From: a virus
Taxonomy: Duplodnaviria; Caudoviricetes
Strand: one strand, 5' to 3'
Virus record (IMG/VR): IMGVR_UViG_3300025133_000143
Coordinates: 1-53,566 of that record
DNA length: 53,566 bases
Shown here: one piece after another, positions 35,931 to 46,011 of the stretch
Layout: each line of letters opens with the position of its first letter
Position numbering within the stretch: the first letter of the stretch is position 1
The notes under the pieces: model-generated
The model's database searches: none
What the model was told of the DNA's origin: nothing
Seen by the model: only the letters and a program-made list of their open reading frames with translations
Made by a program: the position numbers and the translations under genes

Positions 35931-36938
35931 TTAGCTACCTCCTCCCATTATCTTGCGCACTCGGGCCGCTTCTTCTTGAACATCTGTCATGGCTTCTTGT
36001 GCAGCTTCGTTGGCTTTTCGACTGTCTGCCAGGGCTTCGTCTGCCTGTCTCATGGCTTCTTTGATTTGGGCGTCGAGTTCTATGGCGTCCGGAATCGATC
36101 TAAAGGGAGCGTTGGCACCCTGGTCTTCGGATCCTTCAAATTCCGTACTGAATAAGCCTTTGGGAACAAAAGGAAAAGCACCTTCTGTTTCTCCGCGCCA
36201 CTCTTTAGCACTAGACCATCCAAGCTTTTCTTTATGTAGAACATCCCCCTCTAGACTCAAAGTGAAACTTTTGGGCCAGAGTTGATCATCGGGATCAAAG
36301 AACCCCGCGTCCAGATCTGGAGAAAAGTCTAATCCACCGACTACCACATAAAGGCCGTTGGAGTCCGCTCCCTGTAATAAATTAGAAAATTTTACTTGGA
36401 TGAGGGGAGGTCTCACGAGAGCTGATTGTCCAGCTGTGTTACCCAAACTCTCATAGCGTCCATAGAGCATTTTTACCAGTTGGGCGGTATTGGAGAGATT
36501 AACTTTGGCCTCGTGAATACTTGCGGCCGGCACAGTCCAGGCTAAAGATATAGTTCGCATGGTGTTTTTATAGGTTGCGATGATATCATTCCGCTGAATT
36601 AACTCTTCCTTGTTCCAGTTGACCGCATAACTGTCCGTAAATTCCGTGAGCATGCCCTTAAACTGAACCGTTTGATTAGAAGAAAGTCCGGTGATTTTAA
36701 TCCAATAACCTTTGTTAGCATATATATTAGTCGGGTCTGAAAATCCCGTTTGGCCAAAGGGAATATTATGATAGTCAGGCCTGTCGACTCCTGCACCCTG
36801 GAAGGGGCTTTGTTTTTGAACAGGCGCGTGCTCTGCATCAAATTTTTGTTGTTGTGCAGTCATCTCTGCCGGGTTGGCCTCTGTCTTGGGGCCCTGCTCG
36901 TCCGATAATGTCTTTAAAAGTTTTTTAGTTCTTCCCAT
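35931..36938 (-). CDS. Tail-tube-fold baseplate/tube-initiator protein
   Basis: FTDSYAVNW..RNDIIATY.NT.RTISL.W..PPLI.VKF; position after TMP. Confidence 0.65.
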   Translation of the reverse strand: MGRTKKLLKTLSDEQGPKTEANPAEMTAQQQKFDAEHAPVQKQSPFQGAGVDRPDYHNIPFGQTGFSDPTNIYANKGYWIKITGLSSNQTVQFKGMLTEFTDSYAVNWNKEELIQRNDIIATYKNTMRTISLAWTVPAASIHEAKVNLSNTAQLVKMLYGRYESLGNTAGQSALVRPPLIQVKFSNLLQGADSNGLYVVVGGLDFSPDLDAGFFDPDDQLWPKSFTLSLEGDVLHKEKLGWSSAKEWRGETEGAFPFVPKGLFSTEFEGSEDQGANAPFRSIPDAIELDAQIKEAMRQADEALADSRKANEAAQEAMTDVQEEAARVRKIMGGGS

Positions 36939-36963
36939 TCCAATCTCCCGTGATCCTAATTAG

Positions 36964-39318
36964 CTATCCGTTTATATTCCCCGCTTTTTTAATTCTCCCA
37001 TCAGCAATTTCGCCAGCCCAATTGCCCATCTTAACAGAATCCATCATCAGCGTCACTTCTAATTTCTGAGGCTTCGGCTTTGCAGCCTTTCCTCCGGCGC
37101 CCTTGGCTCCTGCTGCTGTTGCGCCTACGGCGACACCGCCCATGATTGCGGGGGCCATCGCAAGAGCCAGGGGATTTACAGCCATCATGGTGAAACCTGC
37201 GCCCATGGCGTAAATCCCGGCGCCCATACGCGCAATGTTATCTGCCGCTTCACCCGTAACCAAAGATAGGGCAGTAAAAAGATCGGTTAGCGCAGAAAGT
37301 TTACTCACGTCCATTCTTTCTACAGAATCCGCTATCCAACTAAGACCTTTAGAGATAGCCCACATAGTCAATACGCCCAGTCCGAGAACAACCAAGGCGG
37401 CCGCGATGGCAAGAAGGCCAAATGCAAGTACTGGAGCCGCCCCGGCGGCCATATAAATAGCCACACCCATAGCGACGAAGATACTCCCGACCATAATAAG
37501 CAGTTCTACAAAGCTGGATCCCACCTGGGCCTCTACAAGCCAATATATCAACATAAGAATTCCCGTAACCACCAATGAAATAGCCGTGAAAATTCCCATA
37601 GATGAAGCGTGCATGAAAAGGAACGCGGCGCCGATTCCCATGAGAACCAAAGTTAAGATTCGGCCCGGAGTCTCCATCTGGGTAAATGCCGCGAATAGCA
37701 GTACCATGGCCCCGACTATTCCCGCTTTTCCCATCATAAGCAACTTGGTTTTAGTCATTTCAACATTCGCCAGGGAGAGTTGGAGCTTAAAAGCTAGGAC
37801 TGCAGCTGATATTCCAAATATAAGATATGGCACAGCGGGACTGATACTTATAAACTTGCCTATGATATCCATAAACTGTCCCAGAAGCTTGACGACGGGG
37901 AGCATGGAAGCGGCGAATGATCGCATAATCTGCGTGTATTCATCTTTTATAGAATTAAAATCTTTCTGTTGTTTGGCCAGTTCAAGTAATTCTGCTTGGC
38001 TCTTCTGGGCGCCGCCGGCCATATTATCAAAATCTCCAGCCATTACTTGAGCAAGTTCACTAACATCGGACAAACCCATCGCCTCAGTTAGGGCCTTCCG
38101 TTGGTAATAACCCATATCATCAAAAGAAACGCCCGCCTGATTTACAGCATCCGACAGCATCTTCATTCTCTCGCTTGGATCTGTGGTCGTAACCATCTCC
38201 ATCGAATTTAAAAATGAGCCGCCCAACATTGCATTTAATTTACCAACCGATTCTGCGGCGCCGTCGAAAGTATCAAATTTTTCAGTAATATTTAATAATT
38301 GTTCGACTTCCATTCCGGCTTTTTTTGCATTAATATATAATTTCTTAAAAACACCGGTGCTTGCTTTGCCAAATTTGGCCATCTGTTTTTTGCTGCTCTC
38401 AAAGTTCTGGGCCATTTCTTTGGCAGGTCGACCAAGTGACTGGGCCGTTAAAAACATTTCTGTTTGAAAGTTCGTAGCCTCTGTAGCTCCAAAGCCCATT
38501 ACTTTAGTGAGATGGTTAACGTTTTCCGAGGTGATATCAGCACTCACTCCGAACTTATTTAAAAGGGCCGTGGTTTGTTCTAGTTCGGTTCTAGAGGCTT
38601 TACTCATCGTTTCCAAAGTATAAACATTTTCCACCAAAGCCGTCATGGTTTCAGAGGCGCCTTCCATGGTGACTCCCATGGTATACATGTCGGCCTCAAG
38701 TTGGACTAGTTCATCTCCATATCGTTGAGCCTGCCCCGTATTCTGACTAAACCTAACTAAAGCCTCGTCCTGAGCCGTAGCTAGGGCTATCGTACTCTGA
38801 ACAACCTTCATCATACTTGAACCTGCGAGGTTTGCTACGGTCAGAGTGTCAGCAAGAGCGGCGCCGGCGTCGGCGGGGTTATTTAAAAAGCCACCGAGGG
38901 CGGTGTTTTTCCAGGAATCACCCACGCCCGAGAGGGCGGTGATTCTCATCGCTATATTTCTTTGATTTCTGGCAGATATTTCCGCCTCTGCGTCGAGTTT
39001 TGCACCTTCCTTCTTAGCATCATTTAGACGGTCTGTGGCAGCCGTTATCTCGTCTGTATCTTTCAGGATTTTAGCTAGCGCTAGCGCTTCTTCAGCCAGG
39101 GCTATCTTTCGTTGGCTATCAAGTTTGACGGCGTCAAGCCGCAACTTATTATAATCCTTCCCCATCTCGTTCATATTCTTGTGCGCCTCATGTTGCGCTT
39201 CCATGGTTGCGAGTCGTATACGCTCCGTCTCCGAGAGACGTTTGAGAATATCTAGGCTTTCCTGTTCAGCCTTAGTTTCTTCTGCCGCGTTGGGTTTTTT
39301 GGGATCGTCACCTGCCAT
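36964..39318 (-). CDS. Tape measure protein
   Basis: 784 aa, Ala-rich helical with a hydrophobic C-terminal half, downstream of the tail chaperone. Confidence 0.8.
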   Translation of the reverse strand: MAGDDPKKPNAAEETKAEQESLDILKRLSETERIRLATMEAQHEAHKNMNEMGKDYNKLRLDAVKLDSQRKIALAEEALALAKILKDTDEITAATDRLNDAKKEGAKLDAEAEISARNQRNIAMRITALSGVGDSWKNTALGGFLNNPADAGAALADTLTVANLAGSSMMKVVQSTIALATAQDEALVRFSQNTGQAQRYGDELVQLEADMYTMGVTMEGASETMTALVENVYTLETMSKASRTELEQTTALLNKFGVSADITSENVNHLTKVMGFGATEATNFQTEMFLTAQSLGRPAKEMAQNFESSKKQMAKFGKASTGVFKKLYINAKKAGMEVEQLLNITEKFDTFDGAAESVGKLNAMLGGSFLNSMEMVTTTDPSERMKMLSDAVNQAGVSFDDMGYYQRKALTEAMGLSDVSELAQVMAGDFDNMAGGAQKSQAELLELAKQQKDFNSIKDEYTQIMRSFAASMLPVVKLLGQFMDIIGKFISISPAVPYLIFGISAAVLAFKLQLSLANVEMTKTKLLMMGKAGIVGAMVLLFAAFTQMETPGRILTLVLMGIGAAFLFMHASSMGIFTAISLVVTGILMLIYWLVEAQVGSSFVELLIMVGSIFVAMGVAIYMAAGAAPVLAFGLLAIAAALVVLGLGVLTMWAISKGLSWIADSVERMDVSKLSALTDLFTALSLVTGEAADNIARMGAGIYAMGAGFTMMAVNPLALAMAPAIMGGVAVGATAAGAKGAGGKAAKPKPQKLEVTLMMDSVKMGNWAGEIADGRIKKAGNING

Positions 39319-39335
39319 ATTACATTAAAATCCTT

Positions 39336-39680
39336 TTATTTAAAGGGCCAAATCAATCCTGTTTCGCCTTCGAAATTTTTAATGGCCATTTCCAGTTTAG
39401 ATTTATTTTTAAAAGTTCTAGGATCATCTAGGCCGTTTTTCGCCACTGATTCTAAATAATTCTTTTCTCTTCCTAATGTTCGAGCAAACGAATTCACATC
39501 GGAGCGTTTGCCTCGAATTCCTACCGGTACCTTTGGGCCTCCAAACATATCTTGCAGGATAATTTTAATTGTACTGCCAAACATGGCCAACCAACTTTCA
39601 TCCAGCCGGTCTTTATTTTTCTTCATTTCTTCCAAATCAAATTCGATTGAAACAAGTTGTTCTTCATTAAGGATCGCCAT
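39336..39680 (-). CDS. Hypothetical late protein
   Basis: 114 aa; own ACTATTTA motif at 39706-39713. Confidence 0.7.
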   Translation of the reverse strand: MAILNEEQLVSIEFDLEEMKKNKDRLDESWLAMFGSTIKIILQDMFGGPKVPVGIRGKRSDVNSFARTLGREKNYLESVAKNGLDDPRTFKNKSKLEMAIKNFEGETGLIWPFK

Positions 39681-39731
39681 TTAAATAAATTCCTTCTTTC
39701 TCTAGTAAATAGTTACGTCGAGCAAATATAT

Positions 39732-39769
39732 AAAAAATAAGACCAGACCTATAAAAAGACCTGGCCTTA
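39732..39769 (-). terminator. Probable intrinsic terminator after the tail chaperone genes
   Basis: AAGGCCAGGTCT-N6-AGGTCTGGTCTT with G-U pairs then a T-tract on the minus strand. Confidence 0.6.
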
Positions 39770-39995
39770 TCGGGGCTTGGGAGGGCGACGGGGTTGTCCG
39801 CCACCTTTGGATTTCGAAGCTTTATTCATTGCTTCGCTTTCTTCTTTAAGTTGCTTAACGAGACGATTTAGGAACCATCTGCGAATTTGTACCGGAAGAT
39901 TATAGGCCTCTATAAACGACCACCCCATGTGGTACTGTAACAAGAACATTTCTTCATAAACACCTTCAAGATATTCATCGTTTAGGCCAAAAAAA
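39767..39995 (-). CDS. Frameshift extension of the tail assembly chaperone (GT-like)
   Basis: FFGLNDEY...LQYHMGWSFIEAYNLPVQIRRWFL; frame overlaps the upstream gene at a T7 run. Confidence 0.75.
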
Positions 39996-40841
39996 GTCCG
40001 TCGTAAACGGAACCTCCAATTCTTCGGTTTCAAAACCACAAAGGCCACAGAGGAAGGGTTGTTTTAAGTCGATCGAGGGACAAATTCGATCATAAGCGGC
40101 TCGAAGGTACCGCGCGTCTCTGGCTGGCATATTCTCTATTAAGCTGGATATACTTTTTGAATCCGTCTTTCCACTGACTGACGAAATCATAATTTTAAAC
40201 TGATCGGTAGCCGTGGCTTCCGGCAGCTTCTTTTTCTTCTTATTCTCTGCCAACTTTACTAAATATTGTTCGTCCTTCCCAGTCAACAGGCGAACCTCCA
40301 CATCCACTTTCAGGATGGGCAATGAAATAGTATAAGTTCCCTCGGGGGTCTCCAATATTTTATAATCTTCATAATCATCCCCTCGATAGATAGTCTGTTC
40401 TTCTAAGTCGAACTCTACTTCTTGGTGACTAACACAAGCGGGGCACACGATTTGAGTTTTATAGTCTGCGCCATAGCCGCTAATTCTAGCTGCCACAAGG
40501 ACTGCGTTTTTATCACCCACATAAAGACTGGCGGGGGTGATTTTTTTATTTAAAATAATATTCTGTAGAAGGCGGTCTATCGCGATCCCTTGTTTAAGAA
40601 GGCTTCGCGAAGATAGAATATCCTCGTCTTTTGCCGTCATATGACGAATCTCCACATGTGTTTGTCCACACAAGGGATGACCTTCGGAATACAATTTCCC
40701 TTCGGAAGGAAGTTCTACGAATTCTGTAGGAGTAGAGAAATTGAGAGGCCCATCGCCTTTCATGTCTACCCCGGTGGCGGCTGGTGATGTGGCTCCTTTG
40801 TTGTGGGCCCCTCCCATTCGCTCGCTATTGTTTCTAGCCAA
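39975..40841 (-). CDS. Tail/baseplate assembly chaperone (T4 gp26-like, CxxC x2)
   Basis: VELPSEG..Y, MTAKDEDIL, ARISGYG, CPAC, CGLC, ending DFFWP. Confidence 0.8.
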   Translation of the reverse strand: MARNNSERMGGAHNKGATSPAATGVDMKGDGPLNFSTPTEFVELPSEGKLYSEGHPLCGQTHVEIRHMTAKDEDILSSRSLLKQGIAIDRLLQNIILNKKITPASLYVGDKNAVLVAARISGYGADYKTQIVCPACVSHQEVEFDLEEQTIYRGDDYEDYKILETPEGTYTISLPILKVDVEVRLLTGKDEQYLVKLAENKKKKKLPEATATDQFKIMISSVSGKTDSKSISSLIENMPARDARYLRAAYDRICPSIDLKQPFLCGLCGFETEELEVPFTTDFFWPKR

Positions 40842-40876
40842 ATAACACCTCTATGTTATAATTAATATTAAAAATC

Positions 40877-41443
40877 TTAAGTTCCTGGTTTAAAGAATGT
40901 GTTACCATCGCTAGCCAAACCAGTCTCGGATGCAACTGCGGTCTCAAGGACTGCCCAGTCATACCGAATAGTTAAGCCAACTTCGGTCAAATCGTCGGCA
41001 CTGTAGTCCAAGTCACCAAAGGTCGCTCCGATGATGAAAGGATTCCATAGAGTCCAAGTTTCCAAAGAGTTCCCCTCGGAATCAATTTGAGTGATAACCA
41101 CAGTTCCCAATGCAGCGACGGCTGCTTGTTTGGACATGGTCGTTACATCATTGACATTCATGGGGGGAGTATAGCCAGAAGCTCGGATAATGGCTGCAGT
41201 ATTGGCAGCCGCATCAGGGGAAACTGGGTCGACCAAAGTAACTGTGCATTCTGCCCATTCTGCACGTCCGGGATAATAAAACTTATGATTAAGAAAATCA
41301 TGCTCACTCGTTGAAATGGTGATTTCGGGTTTCTTTACGGTTTTTGCGTACCAAGTAGCACCGTTGGGCATGTTACCCAGAGTTACCAAAAATCTATATT
41401 GTCTTTTCGGATCTTTATTTGTTGCGTCGGTCCAGAAGGCCAT
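40877..41443 (-). CDS. Tail tube protein (gp19-like)
   Basis: DPKRQYRF, YYPGRAEW, TLVDP, FGDLDY, IRYDWA; follows the sheath. Confidence 0.88.
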   Translation of the reverse strand: MAFWTDATNKDPKRQYRFLVTLGNMPNGATWYAKTVKKPEITISTSEHDFLNHKFYYPGRAEWAECTVTLVDPVSPDAAANTAAIIRASGYTPPMNVNDVTTMSKQAAVAALGTVVITQIDSEGNSLETWTLWNPFIIGATFGDLDYSADDLTEVGLTIRYDWAVLETAVASETGLASDGNTFFKPGT

Positions 41444-41470
41444 TTATTAATTTCTCCTATTAACTATTAT

Positions 41471-41478
41471 TAAATAGT
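41471..41478 (-). promoter_or_regulatory. Putative late-promoter motif ACTATTTA
   Basis: Intergenic, upstream of the tube gene. Confidence 0.65.
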
Positions 41479-41490
41479 TCCAAATTATTT

Positions 41491-44469
41491 TTAATCTTCA
41501 AAAGAAGCCCCGGATCGAGTTATAACAAAATCAATTGCAATAAATTCGATAGCCCGAGCCGGTTTCAGAAAGATTTTGGCATATAAAATATTCCTATCAA
41601 TCAAATCCGGAGTTGTCGTTGTTTCATCAAGAATTACTTTAAACTCTGTGAGGCCAAGTCTAGATTGGACACTCGACAAGAATGGATTAACTTGCCCCAA
41701 GAATCGTTCCCAAGTTACCTTGACATTTTGGTCAAATAAGATGGTTGCAGCAATTCGAGACACCTCTTTCTTGATATATACCATTAGTCGACGGACATTA
41801 ATCCTATCTAAGGCCGACTGGGTAGTCTGAAGAGTTTTCTGGCCGAAGACGACGATCCCCTCACTTGGGAAAGACGCGATCGGATTAATGTTTGCTTCGT
41901 AAAGATTGTCTCGGTCTTTGGAAGTGAGTCGCTGAGTCACACCCAGTACTGGGAGCCCAGCAGAGCCGCCAGTGAGGCCTCCGCGATTAAATCCAGCGGG
42001 GGCGAACCATAATTCCGATTTAGCTTCCGAAGAAGCGAACGTTCCCAGAGCTATAACACTTGGGGGTACCCAAAGGAGATTGCCCTTAATCGTATCGCGC
42101 ACCTGAACCCATGGATAATAAGTACATCCATATGAGGAATTCAGTTGTCGGGACTCAAGCTCGCTTACCGCTTCTTGGACTGTTCCAATCCGGTCAGCGA
42201 AGGATTCGGTGTTTTCCGTAAACGGAGTATAAACGTAAGGGATATCTATAATTGCAAGTGCATCCCCTCGATCTTCGCAGATATCAACGATCTTAGTCGT
42301 TAGTGTTTGCTCGGTTAAACCCGGATAAGTGATGAGGTTGCACTCCACAAATTCAGGGTCAGCGATGGTATCAATAGCTCTCTTGACACTATAATATGCA
42401 TAGGAGTCATTTTCGCCCAAACCATCATCCAAGAGGCTGTTCCTGAAGGGTTCTAATTCGGTGATATCCAGGCCGTCGAAACCGCCATAAAGAGGAGTAG
42501 TAAATCTATCATATCCCACATCGATGACTGCTTTATAGGAAGCGGAGGTAGTCAATGACCCACTAGCCGTAATAGAGTCGCCATCCACTCGTGAGCCACT
42601 GGTCCATGTGGCGTCGACAATCTGGTCACCGGCCGTATTAAGAACAGCAACAACATCATCCAGAGTGAAAACCCACTGCGGGTCGACCAGGGCGCTGGTG
42701 TCAGAGTCCAAGCCTCCAGGCAGTGGCTGCAGATAATCCGCAAATTCCTGCTTGTACAAAAGACTAGCATCTCGCGGGAGACCAAGAGAAGTTTGGAGTC
42801 CAAAATAGGCATCCGTTGGGTCGGCGATGCCTCCCTGTGATGCGGTGAGTCGATGTGCAACTGTGGGGAACCAGAGGCTAGCGGTATAGGCGGGGATCCC
42901 GACGTAACCACCTCCGATTATGGTCGCGGATCCCGTTGAGATTCCGCCATGGACAGCGCCTGTAACTGGAAAGATTGCATCGTTGCCGCCTTGGACGATA
43001 CTTGTTGAGCACATGGTGCCCGAAGCATCAGTTCCCGTGGATCCGCTGACAAATCCTGTTGCCACACAGTCGATAAATTTCGGTGGTCCAAAGACTCCGA
43101 AGGGGAGATAGCCAGGATCGGTTACGCCTTCATTGACGTTTCGGTTCATGACAACCCGGATATAGGTAGACTGATTATTATATTCTCCGTATTGCCGCAT
43201 GCGTAGATCCACCGGATCCCATTCGAGATATCTATCTCCAATTTTGCGGGCAATATAATTTGGAGAAGTAGGATCTAAATTTACGTTACTAAATCGTTCC
43301 ACGATTCTTACAACATTATCATTATCCTTTGAGCTTCTCACTAGAACAGTGAAGGTTCCATAGGGATTTCTACCCGAAGTATCGCGGGAATATCGAAGAT
43401 CCTGGATTGAGATTTTTAAATTGTCTTGGGTCCATCGGCCGCCGTCTTGGGCCACGAACCTGAAAAGTTCTTGCATGTCTCCAGGTAGAAACGACCCCGT
43501 ATTCGTCGATATATCTTGCGAAAAGAACCATCCAGTTTGGGCCTCGGCGTATGGCATCCGATACTCGTCTTTGCCGATACCAGTTGATGTTTCGAGAGGC
43601 AATAAAAGTGCATAACAACTTTCCGGATCTAATCGCTGGCCGACTGGAGTAATCGTGCTGGCCTTATCATTAATAAAAGAAGAGTAACTTTCACCTAGCC
43701 AGTAGAGATCTTCGCCGTTGTTAAATGTTCCGCCAACGACCTCATTGTTTGTCAATTGTGGATTAGTATTAAAAACATTTCGAATATATTTGGCGGAGGA
43801 TTCATTAAAATTAAACGCGGTTGTATATAAGGGAGAAGTTGCAGTCGTATCGGTAGCGGAAATAACTTGTGCTTTCCACTCCATGTCGCTCCCAATATTG
43901 TTAAAGAGTCCGCAAGTTCCGCCAGTCACATAAGTGGCTGATGATGCGGTTGTTGCTAAACTTCCTGTCAAAATAACGGCGCCGGCGACTGAATAGAATA
44001 TAGCTCCGAGGTACCCCACTTGCGGGTTACCTGACCCGGATCGACAAATGAATAAACCATAAGCGCCGCCGTTGGTTGTGATGTCGTCGGTCGGTTCTTT
44101 TCCGGTCGACCAACCAGCGAGGCCTTTCGGGTTATTGGCTCCAGGAGCTTGACATCCCAGAAGTCTCAAATATGTGACGGGTCCTACTTGTGGTTGAAAA
44201 TAAGCTTGCGCTGCATAAGCTCCGTAAGTGGGTCCGCCAAGATTTCCGTTTCTCCAGATATCGCCCCCGGCTTTTCCGGGAATGGGATTTCCAAATGTTT
44301 GCACATATTCCGAGAAGGAGGTGATTTTGACGGGTCGCATACCGGGACCAAAAGGTGCACGACCAATGATGATCGGGCCCATGGGTTCTACGGGAGCGGG
44401 TAATTGTGAATTATCAACCTCACTAAGAAAAATTCCCGGCGATATAAATTTAAATTTCTTTACGGACAT
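41491..44469 (-). CDS. Contractile tail sheath protein (gp18-like)
   Basis: FISPGIF..EVD, WFAPAGFNRG, INPI, GQKTL, RINVRRL, AIEFI. Confidence 0.95.
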   Translation of the reverse strand: MSVKKFKFISPGIFLSEVDNSQLPAPVEPMGPIIIGRAPFGPGMRPVKITSFSEYVQTFGNPIPGKAGGDIWRNGNLGGPTYGAYAAQAYFQPQVGPVTYLRLLGCQAPGANNPKGLAGWSTGKEPTDDITTNGGAYGLFICRSGSGNPQVGYLGAIFYSVAGAVILTGSLATTASSATYVTGGTCGLFNNIGSDMEWKAQVISATDTTATSPLYTTAFNFNESSAKYIRNVFNTNPQLTNNEVVGGTFNNGEDLYWLGESYSSFINDKASTITPVGQRLDPESCYALLLPLETSTGIGKDEYRMPYAEAQTGWFFSQDISTNTGSFLPGDMQELFRFVAQDGGRWTQDNLKISIQDLRYSRDTSGRNPYGTFTVLVRSSKDNDNVVRIVERFSNVNLDPTSPNYIARKIGDRYLEWDPVDLRMRQYGEYNNQSTYIRVVMNRNVNEGVTDPGYLPFGVFGPPKFIDCVATGFVSGSTGTDASGTMCSTSIVQGGNDAIFPVTGAVHGGISTGSATIIGGGYVGIPAYTASLWFPTVAHRLTASQGGIADPTDAYFGLQTSLGLPRDASLLYKQEFADYLQPLPGGLDSDTSALVDPQWVFTLDDVVAVLNTAGDQIVDATWTSGSRVDGDSITASGSLTTSASYKAVIDVGYDRFTTPLYGGFDGLDITELEPFRNSLLDDGLGENDSYAYYSVKRAIDTIADPEFVECNLITYPGLTEQTLTTKIVDICEDRGDALAIIDIPYVYTPFTENTESFADRIGTVQEAVSELESRQLNSSYGCTYYPWVQVRDTIKGNLLWVPPSVIALGTFASSEAKSELWFAPAGFNRGGLTGGSAGLPVLGVTQRLTSKDRDNLYEANINPIASFPSEGIVVFGQKTLQTTQSALDRINVRRLMVYIKKEVSRIAATILFDQNVKVTWERFLGQVNPFLSSVQSRLGLTEFKVILDETTTTPDLIDRNILYAKIFLKPARAIEFIAIDFVITRSGASFED

Positions 44470-44520
44470 GTAATAAGTTCTCCTATCCTTCGTGGACTAC
44501 AACTTTCCCAGCTTTCAACC

Positions 44521-44530
44521 TATAAATAGT
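44521..44530 (-). promoter_or_regulatory. Putative late-promoter motif ACTATTTATA
   Basis: TATAAATAGT on + strand upstream of the sheath gene. Confidence 0.65.
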
Positions 44531-44565
44531 CTAATGAAAACTCAAAATCTATATAATTATAAACT

Positions 44566-45480
44566 TCATTTCTTCTTGCCCGGGATTTTCCAGGGCCTTG
44601 GATCTCCAAAAATAACCCGTTCCCGAGGGATCTTAACTTCAACATAATTCTCTCGAATGGCCACCTTGGGGCGCTCTTCATTTTTGCCGCCTCCGAGTAA
44701 ATATCCCAATATTTTTAAATTAATGGTGGTTTTATATCGTCTCTCTTCGTCGCCCAAATTAGAAACATTGTTGTCTAAACTAAAGTCCCCTTCCAGAAAC
44801 CCCTCAAATTTATGGCCATCGGCATGAATAAAAAAGTTATTAATTTGCCCCGTTTTGGTAATAAACGGCTGGAACATTTCATTTAACTGTTGTTGATATT
44901 CTGCATGGAGAATGACTTCATAATTAGCCACGACATACGTGGGTACAGGAGAATAAACAGTATTATAAACAACTTTTTTATTATCGAGGGGGTAACTCTG
45001 GTCATGGCCACGCGTGAAACGATTGGCCGCCGATGATGCAAAATTGGAAGTTTTATCCGGATTGATACGGCGCGCCATCATAATAGCTCCTCCGCGCGCA
45101 TCATTCTGGGGAGGGATATGTGCCCAGGCTACTCCCTTCATGGCTGGGTCTTTTATGAGAGAGGTTCGATTGACTGTCATAAGCGGAAGAATGAGGCGCC
45201 CGTTTGCATCTCGTAGGTCTTTATTATCCTTGATCTGAAATGCTCTTTCGTTGGCTACCCACAACAAACTCACCTTTTTCCATCCTTTGTTAGTGGTGGT
45301 AAAAATATTTAACTCGCCGTTAAGCCACTCCACCAATGCCTTGTCGATTGTTTCGATAGTGGACGGCATCAATAAAATATCTTTTAGGGGTTCTTTGAGT
45401 TTCTCCGTAGGATCCCAAGTATTAGGCTCCTTAAACCACTCACGAAAACCTTTAAATTCGTCTTCTTCACTGGGCATCAA
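44566..45480 (-). CDS. Tail terminator/sheath stabiliser (gp15-like)
   Basis: LILPLMTVNRTS, PTYVVANYEV..YQQQLNEM, ILGYL; position between neck and sheath. Confidence 0.7.
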   Translation of the reverse strand: MMPSEEDEFKGFREWFKEPNTWDPTEKLKEPLKDILLMPSTIETIDKALVEWLNGELNIFTTTNKGWKKVSLLWVANERAFQIKDNKDLRDANGRLILPLMTVNRTSLIKDPAMKGVAWAHIPPQNDARGGAIMMARRINPDKTSNFASSAANRFTRGHDQSYPLDNKKVVYNTVYSPVPTYVVANYEVILHAEYQQQLNEMFQPFITKTGQINNFFIHADGHKFEGFLEGDFSLDNNVSNLGDEERRYKTTINLKILGYLLGGGKNEERPKVAIRENYVEVKIPRERVIFGDPRPWKIPGKKK

Positions 45481-46003
45481 ATAATCCCTCCCGGGCCATC
45501 AAACAGATGGCTGTAATCTCAAAAGCGTGCTCGATTTGACCAAACAACATTCTCGGAAGGGATGTTTTCACGATTTCGTATAAAGTTTCCCCATACAACA
45601 CGAAATCTCCCTCCCGGACAAACGTGTCTTGGTCCTCACACAGGCGGCGCCTATGAAAGTGGATGGTCAAATGCCATTCCTTATCTAGCCCAATATTGTC
45701 GCTATAAACGGTAGTTGCGTCGGGCCACTCGACGAGGGCATAGACTCGCACCGGAGAGAGAAAGTTCTTTTCAATAGCCTCTCCATAGAGTGGATGGTAA
45801 TTGCTTTTATCTCTAGAAATAGGGTAGTATGCAATTTGCTGGCCAATTACCCTTTCGAGTAATTCGTCATTAACTTGCTTGACTAAGTTTCTTTCCTTCT
45901 CTCCCAAAAAGAGAGGAGGAGGGGGCGCGTCAGGTTGCTCCCATTTCCCATTATCGGGATTGGGTTTCCAGGGACCATCATTCCATTCATTATCATTGGG
46001 CAT
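45467..46003 (-). CDS. Neck protein (gp14-like)
   Basis: IGQQIAYYP..HPLYGE..F; EGDFV.Y...YEI..FGQ. Confidence 0.75.
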   Translation of the reverse strand: MPNDNEWNDGPWKPNPDNGKWEQPDAPPPPLFLGEKERNLVKQVNDELLERVIGQQIAYYPISRDKSNYHPLYGEAIEKNFLSPVRVYALVEWPDATTVYSDNIGLDKEWHLTIHFHRRRLCEDQDTFVREGDFVLYGETLYEIVKTSLPRMLFGQIEHAFEITAICLMAREGLFDAQ

Positions 46004-46011
46004 TCATTTAG

